Shown here: positions 1 to 12,268 of the stretch, piece after piece
How the letters are laid out: each line of letters starts with the position of its first letter
Position numbering within the stretch: the first letter of the stretch is position 1
Source: Catajapyx aquilonaris
Taxonomy: Eukaryota
DNA: 30,132 nt
Assembly (NCBI GenBank): GCA_000934665.2
Contig: JYFJ02001084.1
Span: 62,001 to 92,132, forward strand
Reading direction: 5' to 3'
Notes under the pieces: model-generated
Seen by the model: the letters and a program-made list of their open reading frames with translations, nothing else
Databases searched by the model: none
What the model was told of the DNA's origin: nothing
Position numbers and translations under genes: made by a program

Positions 1-3000
1 CTCACAGGATAAGCCACGTGTCTCTTAAAAATGGGGCAGTCACAGGCTGCTGAACAGGGTGAATCAAAATAGTCGACATCAACAACCACTTTAGAGGAGA
101 ATCAGAATTACGCTGAGAGAGTGGACTTGCAGACCCTGTGCAATTACAGGTGTAATTGTTCACATCATGCATGCACATACATTTTTTAAAAAAGTGGCAA
201 GGGACATAGCTGGGCTGTAGGTATAAGCAAACCCGCATTGAATTTATGGCGCGCGTGATAAGAATCGTGGTGTGAGAGACAGACACGACTCAAAACGGTC
301 GAGTCGTGAGGGGGTTAAAAATGCAGTTAAATGATAGAAGCCGTTGGTAGGACGTCATGTGTCAAGTGGTGTCAAGAGAGTCATGCATATGTGTGGTTGG
401 AGGGGAAGGGGGGAGGTATTGTCGTGACAGAAGACCCCTCTTTTCTACATTATGAGTGGATTGGGATGGGTCGTGGTGGAGGTTAAAAAGAGAGGCTTGC
501 GTGTCATCCCTGCCAAAACCTGGAAGTCTTCCATGTCCAAAAAACCGAGCAGAGAACCCCCCTACCATCCAGCCATCCACAGACAAGAGTCCTTCAATGG
601 GGAAGGACACCTGAAAACGATTCCAAGTAGTATCATGGCCTGATGCACGACACAGGAATAAGAGGGCCTTCCTTAGTTCATGCTGGGCGGGCACTCTTTC
701 AGGTCATTTTGGCTTATTTCCATGCCTGCTGCTGGGCTAGGAAGCCATACAACCAATCGAAATATATCATTCGCATTAATCTGGACAAACGAACAAACAA
801 ACTTTGCATACATGGGAGCGGTACGCAAAAAAAAACCCGCATTTGATGATAGAAGCAAGCCACTTTGCACACTTGTTCCTAACAACATTGATGGGTATGA
901 AATGGAGCAATGTAGAAACGTGTGTAGAAGCAAACAAACTACTGTATTTGCATTATCATATCATACTACTAATCCGCTTATTATCTCTGTCCGTGTATAC
1001 ATGTCCGTGTTGACTCATCGCCGAGGTATAGTAGTTAACCGTAGTTTTCGCCTTCCCAGTTCAACAATTAGAGGACAGACAGAGTGGGACTCACTTCAAT
1101 GAAGGCGAGACACATCCTGGTTATAGCACCAGGGTGGGCTTTGTCCGCGCGGTGACTCATCACCAACGTGCATGCAGTTACCACGTGGAGTGGGAGCAGC
1201 GTGTGCTCCATCTGGTAGTGGCATATTGTACTACATCTAAGTGGAGGCGGGCCGAGCAGTGTTGCAATATTTTGGCAAGGAGTTCACTACTAGCATTTAC
1301 AGATTATATATATATTTTTAAATTACATATTTGCTGAAAGCCCTGGAAAATGTTTTGAAATACCGCGGTACATTCGTATAACAACTTACTTTTACACATC
1401 GCAGATTGACTTGCAGGAAATGGCACCATTGGCCAAAGATAAGCTTCTGAATGAATGGGCTGGAGTGGTGGTGGGGGGGCATGTTGGCAGAATCGCCCCC
1501 CCGCCAAACCCCGCTTTTTCGCAAGGAGGGTGATGCCTGGGGGTATATCCTGAAGTGGGCGGCTCCATTCAGTGCTTTGCCCAAACTGCTGGGTGGGTGG
1601 GTGGCCGGCCATGATGGGGGTGGGAAAGTTTAAAAAAGAAAGAAGAGAGAGAAAAAAGAGAGAGAGAACCGGGAAGGGGAAGGTTAGTCCATTCTGAAAG
1701 GCACACACCTTCCTCTCCCTCCAAATTTTCTCAAGGCCGTCCGTCGCGCTAATTCTGCACCTGACGCCTAAATCCATTATCCGATCGAACTTTGCAAATT
1801 TACAGTGTCCAAAATGTACACTACCATGCAAAATGATCGCCTCTCCTGTCCATTAGTAGGGCCATTCATGAGCTGCGATATTTATTTTTCATTTTTTCAA
1901 ATAAAATTTTTTTTTAAAAAAGAGAGCTTGCACGATCATGACGAAACACTGTGTAAGGTTTTGCACTATATTTGCAGCACCTGCAATTTAACGTTAGTTA
2001 AATGAAAGTTGCAGGTACTGTAAAAGTATTTCATCAAAATATGAAATACTTATCTCGAATGTACATCAGGACTTACTTAAAAATAAACAATAAGGCAACT
2101 ATTTTTACTCTAATCCGCACCCTTGAACTTACATGTTAGCTTTTTTTTTTTGCTGATAATCGCTTTAATCATGAACTACAACACATGCAATGTACCACAT
2201 GTTTTTTTTAAATATCAGATTTAAGATAAGTTTATTTTCTCCACCGCTACCTTCTAAACTTAGCCATCTCATAGTTTAAATTAAAACTACATAGTAACTT
2301 GAACTTTACATAAGAAAAATGCAGGGTCGATTGGAGGGATGCATACTTTGGCAGGATCTTTTATGTCTTGTGGTGGATGCCAATAATCTCGGTAATGAGT
2401 CTTCAGATACCAAAATAATGACACCCCTACATTGGTGTCAGGGAGTTCACTTTTACTTAATGAGTAAATGTTTACAGAAAGCAAAAAAAAGCTTCATAAG
2501 CAAACATTTACTCGTGAAGTTACTTTTAAATCCCTATACTGTCCACATTGAGGATTGAGCTGGAGGAAGGGCAGAGTCTTTCTTTATTCTTATGAAGGAA
2601 GTAAAAATATGTACCTGATAGAGGCTGCAATGCGGAAGTAAGCCTATACAAAAATATGCCTCGTTCATCATTCAACTCTGACCCTGAAGACGCAGTTACT
2701 GCCAAATGTGAGTCTATATTTATAGGCGGTTATTGTGTGCTTTATACCGCAGTCTATGAAGGTCGGATTCTCAGGACATGAAATCGGGTAATCATCGCAA
2801 TTAAAAAGAATGTGACTGCGCCTTATACTTGGAAGGGATGGTTTATTGCGTGTTTACCGCGATTGCATGGAGCATCGCAACAAAAATATTAGTTGTAGAC
2901 CATACCTTTTAGTGTTACGCATTGCGCTATACGTGAGCAAAAATAGGAACTGTCGTACTCCCAAAAGTCGTTATCGCAAACCCCGGCAGACTTTTACTTA

Positions 3001-5037
3001 ATAATTCATGGATAATGATGTATGATAGCTCGCGGACAGTTAACTTATGTGTAAATTGTAAATCGATGACTGGTTGCTCCACGACTGCTTTTATTTTCTC
3101 TATCCAATAACGGATTGTGCGATATGAAGAAAAAATTCGCGGCATCAAAACGCCTCTTACACCATGCCTCAAAGTGCAGGCTTAACAGCTGAACCCACTT
3201 GCTCATTACCCCCGTTATTCATTTGACCTATAGTAAGTTATTCAGTCTTCTATAGGTTTGAGAAAATAGAGCCATATTTCCCTATAACATTTGCTCATTA
3301 TGCGTTAAATACGTTAATCCCATTTGTATCCTTCTAGATTAGCAACCTCCAAGCGTAACACCAATTAAATTCCTCAAAATCACCTTAATTACAGTAAAAC
3401 CCTACTTAAACCAACGTAATGTTTCACCAAGTAAGTTTGAAAGTCCGAGTTAAAGTTCTTTAACTGCTAAATCTGCAATAAATAACACGACAAAATAATG
3501 CACTTTATTGTTTCTTGCAGGGAGACGTAAACATAACAATCATAGACAGTTTATTGCATATTTACAATCGAAAATACTGTAATACAAAAAATTTCAAATA
3601 ATTTTGCAATACCAATAATATGCAGTTGAATATGTCAAAAATATTTATCTAAAGTATGTCCGGTCTTACCATTAAATGTGACAGTAATTACTTGCTCGTT
3701 AACTGTTTAATGTACTTTTATTCAGTTACTTATTGTTATTTTGTCGTAATTGCATATCTTCTGTTAAAAAGCTATTGATCCAAGAACTTCGTGATCGTAA
3801 TTGTTACAACTACTCCAAAATTAATAGCCATGATCAAGAAGCTGTTTTCTCTTTTTTTTGTTTGTATACATCATTGCCAATCATGCAAGGGACCATAACC
3901 GAGCATGATGGTCAAGCGTGTTCAAGGTCGCGCTTTGCTGCGTCACGCGTCGCGCACGTATACAAAGAGGAAATGACTCGGCCTTCGAAGCAAGTAATGC
4001 ATCCAATAATTGAAAATAATCACATTGATGGAGTGAGAGAGCAAACATTTGTTCCAATCATAATCACTCCGACTTGATGGACTCAATGGCGGTGGGCAGA
4101 CGGTCACGCACGTTCCGGACGCGTGCCAATCGGATTAAAAAAAAAAATGAGCGTCACGTCGAAGAGTCGGTTCTATCTCCTGGCACGAAACCGGGTTTAA
4201 GCAAGCGCATTTTATTATCTTTACTATACACGTTGACCAGGCCTCAATTTTTTAAGTGCGCGTTATTGACACCGTCTGGACCCAATAAAATAAAATAATA
4301 AAAAAGAAACGGGGTTAGTGGACGGTGACCCGAGCTGGTGACCCCTTATTATGTAGTCCTCCCCAATTACACATGAACCCCTGTAATGCAATCAATGTTG
4401 TCACACCACACGCGAGGGATAATTACGCCGGGCATGACAGCCCTTATATGTGGCGATCCCACCTGATTGTTAGTTAATTCTCTCATGTAATCACATGTGC
4501 ATCGACGTGAGGAAAACACACCCTGCATGACAACACCCTTCGGAAATATTATGTCCTACAACAGGCCTATAGCGACAGCGACAGGTTAAAGGATAAACAG
4601 GGTCGCAATCTTGTACCAAAATAATATTTGTTTAAATTATTTATTTACCCCATTGAGAGGATATCGCTTTTTTATGGGTACCAAAATGACATTGCGAAGT
4701 ATTTATATTATTTGTTTGTTTGTCTTGTTTGTTTAATTCATTTACGAGAGTGAACTCTTGCCAAAAATTTGGCAACACTGCCTTGCTCCTCCCATGGACT
4801 GTGGACGTAAATGTCTCTCACATAGATGGCGCATTCACTCTCTCTACACACTACTGATGACTCACCGCGGACAGTCAATTTATTAGCTTTCCTATTTATG
4901 TAATGAATCGACGGCAACATCAGGCACGATCTGGCAACCCTACAAGATATCACCGTCTAAATTTGGGTTGCATCATGCAAGGATTAAAAACACACCCACG
5001 TGGAAGGGTACTGTTTAAATATGGCCAGTAGGATGTG

Positions 5038-5166
5038 CTATCGGGTTCAAATACTTTTGGCCACTTTGGTCTTGAAACAACCCATGGCACAGACCCCACG
5101 TTAAGTAGGTGTGAAGGGTTGCTTCAAGACCAGGATAAAGCGGCCAAAAGTATTTGAACCCGATAG
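5038..5166. mobile_element. 129-bp MITE-like foldback element (possibly Tc1/mariner-type)
   Basis: CTATCGGGTTCAAATACTTTTGGCC pairs perfectly with GGCCAAAAGTATTTGAACCCGATAG (25 bp); inner pairing GGTCTTGAAACAACCC/GGGTTGCTTCAAGACC; flanks TG (left) and TA (right). Confidence 0.75.
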
Positions 5167-7182
5167 TACATGCCCCTGATTTTCCCTCATTTTTATACCG
5201 ATACGATACCCCAGCATGAGGGTAAGTCCCTCTCCGATGTCTAGATTAGGGCCCTATAAACCAGGCTATACTTTCCCTCCCACACGTGGCATAAAAAAAG
5301 TGGACCAGGCCGGATTAAAAATAACCTTGTAGGGTCTATCAGGTAGTATAGCTCCCTCCCCTGGGTATATCACACTCCCTGGGTATATACCCACGGTGGG
5401 TGGGTTGGTTGCTATACGAAACAGAGAGAGAGGGCTAATGCCCCCTTCCCCTCTGTTGGGTCACAAATCAGCCCCAAAGATAAGAGTCATGCAGCCTCGA
5501 ACTGGGTCACTCCTGACTCGTGTCGTGACCTAAACGGCCCCTTTCCTGTCTACCCCCCCCCCTTTCCCTTTTATTTTATTTTTGACTTCCTCCTCCAGGA
5601 GTTTGACTCAAACTTGACGCAAGGGTCCAATCCAACAAAACTGCGATTGCTTCCGGGTCACTCTACCAACATGACAACACTTCTTTTTACAGAGTTTTCA
5701 TGCGTTCCACTTTCGCAGTTGCCTTTTGAAAAAAAAAGTTCGTTTTGAAATAAAAAAATAGGCCGGTACTATTAATTGCGGTCCTATCCGCCCACTTTGT
5801 TTTGATTGACGACGTATTGAGGACATTGCAGGGTGACAGGTGAAGCCGACTGTGTTTTACAATATGTGGTAACTCTTACATGTATACGTCATCAAAATAT
5901 GGGGTCCCCACTTTAAATTGCTGCTTTTTTTAAATGAAGTTGATGGCCTTTAGTAGTTTGGTTGATTAGGAAAGAGCCAAAGTATAACTAAGGCTATAAG
6001 AACGAAAGATGGGACAGAATGACGGAATATATCGAACGACATAATATTGTAAATGTTTTTTTTACATAAATCATCCTGACATATGCAAGAAAATGGCACA
6101 AACTATGGCACTTTTATGTTTACAACAACAATGGCAGTAGACGAAGCAACCGCCAGCATAGCTCTTGAGGTCGCGGGACTCTCCTCCAGTATATCAAACC
6201 TATCAACATTTTAGCTCGGCTTAAAACCATCTTGCGTGACAATAATAAGCCTTCAATATTATCGAGGTTGCCAGACCAATTTTTCAGCAACGTCGCCCTT
6301 GAAAAAATACAGTTCATAAATGATCTACAAACAAGTGCGCCAATACCACTAAATATTCCATCCCCAATAGTTGGTCAATACTTCTTTATTGAAAGAGTCC
6401 AGTCGCCCCCAAATAAAAAAGGGGGCGGTCTCCTCCACCTCCTTCAAGGGAGGGGTGGGTCAGGTGACGAATCGTGTATAATTAATGAGTATTTCAATCA
6501 ATATGTGGTGGTGGGGGGGGGGGATGGGTGTTGTGCAAAAAGTGGGGCAAAGGCCACCAGAGCCAAGGCCCACCTTCAAAAATATCTGAGGGTGGTGGGT
6601 GTCCAAACATTGCGCGTGCGTCCGACTCATTGTTTCGCACACAATAGATGTCAATTAAGAAGATTGAAACGGAGCAAGTAATAAAGCTTAAAGAGCTGGT
6701 GGATCACGCTTGACCTCCCGGGATGACCCTGCGGTACAAGGTTGGTGCAGGTCCAAGACACGCACTCACGCAACTTGAACGCTGCGAAGTGGAGGACAAC
6801 CACGGAATCAAGGTGCCAATTTGACAGATCACAATGTGCCAATGGATAAATCAGATTTGTTAGCTACACCAACAATGGGTGGGTAGTACACAGTGGGATA
6901 GAGTAATTCGGCAGAGAGGCGACGATTTGATTGCGATCAAAGCGCTGTGCCGCCAAGTGGGGGTTGTTAAGGGGGTTTGTGGGTGGGTGGTTGGGTGGGC
7001 GATGACGAATAGCTCTTGGGTGGTTTTCAAACGGTGATTTGCTTCCACTCCAGACATCGGTTCACAGCCAATCGACTCATTTTTACGACTGTCTAATGCA
7101 ACCAAGCGCCTGCCGCTAACGGGCCATTTACTCGCCCAAGCAGGGTGATAGGACGTAGTCTGGATTGTCCCTATTGAGTCCG

Positions 7183-7274
7183 TCAGTCGTCCTAATTCAA
7201 GGTCAAACTTCTGATTACAAGTAATCAGTCGTGATCATTTGTAATAACTCGTGATTCGTGTGTCATCTCTTCAG
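7183..7274 (+). promoter_or_regulatory. Candidate Inr (TCAGTC 7183-7188), short 5'UTR exon and 54-nt intron (7221-7274)
   Basis: Coding exon 1 appears to start at an acceptor (ttcag|7275), implying an upstream exon. caa|gtaatc at 7221 gives an intron of the size typical for this gene, and an arthropod Inr consensus TCAKTY lies just upstream. Not verifiable from sequence alone. Confidence 0.25.
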
Positions 7275-7308
7275 GTGGTGACCGCTGCCTGAAGGAGGAT
7301 CAGTCCAG

Positions 7309-7504
7309 ATGAAGGCCGGAGTGACGTGGGTGGTGCTGGTGCTGGTGCTGGTGGCTAATGTGGGCGCCAACGAGCCCATCTTTGTGGTGTCGCACAATAT
7401 GCGCATCGTGTTGGTGCCACACGACGTGCCCGTCGGGACAATCATCTACCGCCTCAGGGGATCCGACTCTGACCATGACTACCCTTTGACCTTCGATGTC
7501 ATCG
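7309..7504 (+). CDS. Cad86C: Cad86C coding exon 1 (signal peptide, start of EC1)
   Basis: Acceptor ttcag at 7274, ATG 7309, donor G|gtaagc (phase 1). Confidence 0.9.
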
Positions 7505-10500
7505 GTAAGCCATGCTTACTCCTTGACTTTCGGATTGATCTGATTGCTTCTGTGTAATATTCAAGGCGAGGTGGGAGTGATGCTGGTCCGTGTGGAGACT
7601 CTTCCTTGCAACCCGAAGCACGACTACTGCGACGGAGATGTTATCCTCCGAAGCCCGTTGGAGGAAGGTCGCAGCTACAACTTCCAGGTGAGGGTGAGGG
7701 ACGCCAGTGGTGGGTTCACCATCATCCGCTGCACCATCCGGGCCACATCTTCCGCCTCCAGAGGAGAAGTCGCGTCTCCAGAGGCCTTCCCAAGGGCCGT
7801 CTCTCTTCTCATGGTCTCAGAGGTCAGTACTTATTGGCTCCGAGTGATTTCAGTTGAATCTGATCCATCCTTCTGTCCGAAGTAACAGTTAGCATGCTCG
7901 GCCGCAATCCGTTCCTTACGTCAAAGCCTGTGACTTTTCGGCCAGGAAACGTGGAAAGCAGATGGCGTGACCACTTCTGCCCTCCTCACAGTCAAAGGAG
8001 AGAGAAAAACCTTGGAAGTGTCAACCTTTATTTATAACCCGCGGCGCCACAACTCTCAACTCAATCGATTCCCGAAACTTGATTAGAAATGCTCTGTACT
8101 TGTGACACACCCTGTAGTTACCTAAGTTCACGTAAAGCAACTTGCGATCGGATTGTTCACTCTAGAAGTCGACATCGACACCAGAAAGTGATTGTTTGCT
8201 CCAATTTAATTTGGTTGCTGGTTGCCGGTTGCCTGTTGCTGGTTGCCGGTTGCCGGTTGCCGGTTGCCGGTTGCCTGTTGCCGGTTGCCGGTTGCCACAT
8301 AAAGCAACTTGCGATCGGATTGTTCACTTTAGAAATCTGGTTTCTGGTTTCTGGTTTCTGGTTGCCTGTTGCCGGTTGCCGGTTGCCACATAAAGCAACT
8401 TGCGATCGGATTGTTCACTCTAGAAATCGACACCAGAACACCTACGTGTTTACTGCTCTATTTAAAAAAATGTGAAAGATCGCGTCCAATACAAAAAGTT
8501 CGGGATTGTTCACCAGCAACCGGCAACCGGCAACCGGCAACAGGCAACCAGCAACCGGAAACCAGAAACCAGATTAAATTGGAGCAAACAATCACCAGAA
8601 AGTGATTGGTTGTTCCAATTTAATCTGGTTGCTGGTTGCTGGCTGCTGGCTGCTGCATCCCGAACTTTTTGTATTGGACTCGCTCTTTTACATTTTTAAA
8701 ATTGGATAAAGAGCAGTAAACACGTAGGCGGGCCAATTAGGGCCGGGTTATCCCCCCGGCACACTTTTCCAGACGGGTGGCGTGACCTCAAGATTCCGAA
8801 TCTGACCCCGAGCGACCCATTTTATTTTAAAAAGTCACGAAGCTATTGATAGACTATTGCACAAGATAGAGACTCTGCACGTTATTATTTTATATCAGAG
8901 GCAATGTATACATTTTTTCTTCTTCAAATGGGTACTTCTATGGTGTCAATCTCAATAAGGCTGTTCAGATATTTATGTCCCAAATCTTGTTTTACAGGAC
9001 GCCAAGTCTGGAACAGCGATCGACCACGTGGTAGCCAGAAACAATCCAAACAGCGCTGTGCAGGTCACCTTCGAGCTCAGGGTGAGTATGTCGCCAAATT
9101 GGCCAAAAAAAAGGGGGACCCAAAAAAGTGGAATATTTGCCCTGAAGTGTCATGGCCGCCGCTTCATCTTCCGGCTCGTTTTGACTCGACCCCATTTGCC
9201 CTACCTCAATCCCGATTTCCAAAGGAAAGGTTCAACGCCCGATTGCTCGTTTCTAACGTAACCGACACTCTGACTACTGCGAGGGAAGCCAAATAAGCAG
9301 GGGAGAGAGTGCTATTGAAATATGCATGGAAATAACGTAGGTCACGGCGGCCATTTTTACGATCCCGGGCCACGATAAAGGGTAATCACTGACTCCCGAC
9401 ACGTGTACTTTTCCTGGCGCCCCGTTCCTTCCCTTTGCGGAAATGAAGTCCAAATTGTTTGACTGGAAGCTAGTTCAAATTAGACGCCCATTTTTGGGGG
9501 GAGAAAAAAAATTATGCCAATTTCAGATCATGCAACCCGGGGGGGAATCCCCATTCTGAATCAATACCGATGATCTGGGCCATTTCGACAATAATCTTGC
9601 CGAATCAACCAGTCCGTACAAATGATCAACTCTTGTCAGTAATATTGCATGGATGTGAAAAAATTCATCTTGAGCAACAATCCACAAAAAATAAAATTTG
9701 ATCAAGTGTCATGGCCGCCTTTTCAAACATTTATAACAGCAATAAACATTAGCCTGCACTGATTGTGTGTGTGGGTTAATCCAATGGGTGAAGGTCAAGT
9801 GCGCCTGTGTGGTAGGCAGAATGAAGTGGGTTGCATGCCTGACAGGATGAATCTTTTGCTCCCCAAAGTTGCGTCCAGATCCATCGTTACATTGGGCAGC
9901 AACATGGCCTTCAATTGCTAAGTGTTGCATAAATGGTACGGGAACGATTTGTTGTCATAATTCATGGATAAGCGATTAGTATCTGTCCGAAAAATCAATC
10001 GAACCCAAACACATCGCAATGAATTATTCCACATGCAATAAGTGCACTTTACTGCTCATAACGGGTCACATGATTGTGATTTGGACGATGCACGTGTGCA
10101 CACACCCAAACATGCTTCTGACCAATCAATATCTCTCTTTTGAAGAAGTGCTACCTGTTGTGTGGAGAGGTGGGGCATCGACCAATCGAACCTCTCCAGA
10201 AGGTCACCCACGCTCCCTCCCAATCCCTCGCATGCTTTTAATCACCGCAATCACTATTAACGCACTTAATCAGTACGTGCCCCGCATCGGTCACGCGCGA
10301 CCAACAAACAATACGGATCGTTTTATTCCGGTATTAGGGTCGATGGGGTCATTTACACGGGGCACAGGGTCCTACACAGGGTGACTCTAAAGTCTGGATA
10401 CATATTATACTAGGTAATTGCAATGAATTGTATTGTTGGTTTCCAGTGGTGCCAACTAGCTGATTGTTGACACTCACTAAGGTTGGCACAACTGGCGATT

Positions 10501-12211
10501 GTATTGTTGGTCGCCAGTTGTGCCAACCTTAGTGAGTGTCAACAATCAGCTAGTTGGCACAACTGGAAACCAACAATACAATCCAAATGTACCTATAGAG
10601 TCACCCTGTATAAAGGACACACGAAGCTGTTGGATTTTCAGTTATTATGTTAGTTCATTGTTAATAAAAATATTTTTAAAAATTAAACAAAAAAATAATT
10701 CGGCCATATCTGATTTCCAGGTTAAACGGATTGGCCTTTTTTTTCGAAGTAAAAAAAATGACAAATAGGGGCCAAGGTTGACGCATGTTCGTGTATAGTG
10801 CCCTGGAGTAATGCGCTGAATAATCGCCTGGAAATCCGTCAAGTCTGTCAAAAAAAACAACCCATATGCAAAACTAATCGATAGATCAATTTGACGATAA
10901 TATTATGGGTTACAGTTGTGGAGAGTATGCGAGGGAATCCGGATTATCCGGTTGATTATTTAAAATCCAAATGAGTTTGTGTAGAAACCGGATTGGATAG
11001 ACTTGTTTCCCGATGGAATTAGGATTCCATTATTTCCCCCATTTTTCCAGTAATTGCCGAACCTATAATAATTCCCGTTCATTTGGCCCACTTACGAGTA
11101 CATACCATGTAAATGGATAATGATTGATTAAACATATTTTCAGGTGAGTGATTAAGAAGTCCATTCCCTAAAATACAAGCAATTAATGTGTGATGAAATT
11201 AGAGTACAGAGTTGAATAATGTGATAATAAGCAACTTGTGACAAATAATTGCAAATTGGAGCCAAAGAGTTTGGATTATTCTGGACGCGAACTCAAAAAT
11301 CTTGTGTTTGAATATAAGTGTCAATAATAATGGTCACAGAGTTTTGGCGGTATGGAAGCTACCAAATATTTTCTACTATAATTACATCATAAATTGTAAA
11401 AACTTTCTTAACTTGTGACACTGCAATCAGCGGTGATTGGTTGACCCCATTTTTCGCAAAATTTTCAGCAATTCTTGTAAAAATAAATGAATCCATAGCT
11501 ACATTATTCAGCTTCTAAGAAATCCAAAGTCTATTACCCGCTTTTTAAATAATCTAGGTTCTATAAAGTATGATGTTGCATGCGTACCGTTTTTTAAATA
11601 TTTTGGCCCAGTACCGAGCAAAACGAGCGAGAGAGAGAGAAAAAAAACTAGTTTCCTGGTAATGAGTGGTATGCATGCCCAAGGTCACTTCCTCCTCAGC
11701 GTGGAATGACCCCTTCCATGTCCAGTTTTGTGCGTGAGACGTTTCCACCTCCAACCTTCCCCTCTCGAGACTATTCCTAAGGGTTCAAACCTTGAAAGAT
11801 TCGTGTCTCCAGCAGACGATGGTCGAAATAATTTAAACCCGTCCGTCTATACAATCACATGTATGTATACCCTACTGGGCTTGGCGGTCACGACACCCAA
11901 AAGAGAAACCCACTTCTCCGTTCCCTGACACCACTCGTCCCAAGGTCCTTCACTTCCTTAACTCATACCCAATATTCCGCCTCCCTAACCGCGACTCCAA
12001 TTATTCAACACACATTGTCCAAGTCCAACAGAATGGGGAAGGAGGAAATCACTCGAAGTGAAACAATTCATTTTTAATTTAACCCAGGTCTAGGAATACT
12101 GCATGATATGTATATAATCAGTCCACATGGCATATGACGACTTCATCTACTTATCAAATCTGTAATGGTAGGGTGCACAGACAGATAATTGATTGATTGC
12201 ATCAAAACTGG

Positions 12212-12268
<57 letters not shown>

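Noticed and set aside
3500..3532. Strong acceptor tttcttgcag|GGAGAC|gtaaac as a microexon or 5'UTR exon
   Set aside because: Weak donor and nothing links it to the gene without RNA data
1..7100. Short ORFs upstream (e.g. 680-1102, 1304-1831, 6232-6681)
   Set aside because: No domains, no coding-like codon bias and no consistent splice chain; treated as intergenic or 5' intronic DNA
8133..8425. CRISPR-like look of three 35-bp direct repeats
   Set aside because: Spacers are unequal (132 and 56 nt) and made largely of heptamer microsatellite; it lies in a eukaryotic intron with no cas genes
8089..8699. ORFs with LPVAGCR / QPATGNR repeats
   Set aside because: Translations of the 7-bp repeat
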